Below, piece by piece: positions 39,136 to 39,942 of a DNA stretch of 39,942 bases. Below the pieces are notes generated by a model. That model saw nothing but the letters and a program-made list of their open reading frames with translations, made no database searches and was not told the DNA's origin. The position numbers and the translations under genes are program-made. Within the stretch, counting starts at the first letter, position 1, and each line of letters starts with the position of its first letter. This DNA is from Octopus sinensis (lineage: Eukaryota): contig NW_021835435.1 of assembly GCF_006345805.1 (NCBI RefSeq), positions 1 to 39,942 on the forward strand. The letters run 5' to 3'.

Positions 39136-39942
39136 GTCAATACAGAAGGCCCACTAATATATAAGCATATGCATGACGTACTCATCTGTTTATTTCTCAA
39201 TACATCTATGTATATAAAGAAAGAGGGAGAGCTAGAAAGAGATAAGGAGAGGTAGAGCAAGGAGGATAGAAAAACAGATGTGGAAATATGCACACACACA
39301 CACCAAAGCAAAAAACAAAAAAAGCAAACATGCAGGTACGAAGGCCAGAGAACAAAGGGGAAAATCTTCAATAAAACCAGGATATATTCCTCAGAGGACC
39401 AGGTTATGGTGAAATCTTTGATGTTTTCACGTGATTTAATCAACAATGCCTGAAACACGTGCCTACTATACATACATATGTACGTGCAAATGTGTATAAA
39501 TATATGTTTAAAGATGAAGGCGGGTGTATGTACATATACATACATACATACATACATATATACGTACATATATATAATTATGTATATATATATATGTATA
39601 TATAAAACACACACACACACACACAACATATATATATATATATATATCTGTGTATTTATACATACGGTCATATATATGTAGGTATATATATATATATAAA
39701 CGTATATCTACACATACACTCGTAAACTTACAAACAAGAATTGAATAATGAAATAGATATCATTCATGGATTGTAATTGTAAATATCTATTAGACACTCC
39801 TATATATTTCTCGAGTATTCCTGTCCATCGGATATCTATCTATCTCTATCTTCAATAATCATATATCTATCTATCTATCTATCTATCTACTATCTATCAT
39901 CTATCTATCTATCTATCTATCTATCTAATCTATCTATCTATC

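Overview
AT-rich, microsatellite-dense animal genomic DNA. The SINE, Penelope, mariner and (TA)n/(TCTA)n content looks like a coleoid cephalopod, most likely Octopus (inference). Most ORFs in the supplied track are microsatellite or transposon artefacts. Two systems are not visible from that track. (1) A + strand tandem cluster of five paralogous multi-exon genes for small six-cysteine proteins with a signal peptide and a hydrophobic, GPI-signal-like C-terminus. Their Cys3-Cys5 spacing resembles neuritin/CPG15. Gene A (5'-incomplete, to 11213) and gene C (complete, 100 aa, 18097-26913) are intact. Copies B, D and E are pseudogenes. (2) A ~470-bp tandem array (29118-30632) with a type I hammerhead-ribozyme fold in each full unit, retrozyme-like, next to a Penelope RT fragment. 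Also present: dispersed minimal hammerhead cores, two near-identical Tx1/L1-like LINE ends inserted in (TCTA)n, three SINE families (several as inverted pairs inside introns), Tc1/mariner, Helitron, RTE and R4-like relics, and several long palindromes. All gene models and folds were derived by eye, with no database search.
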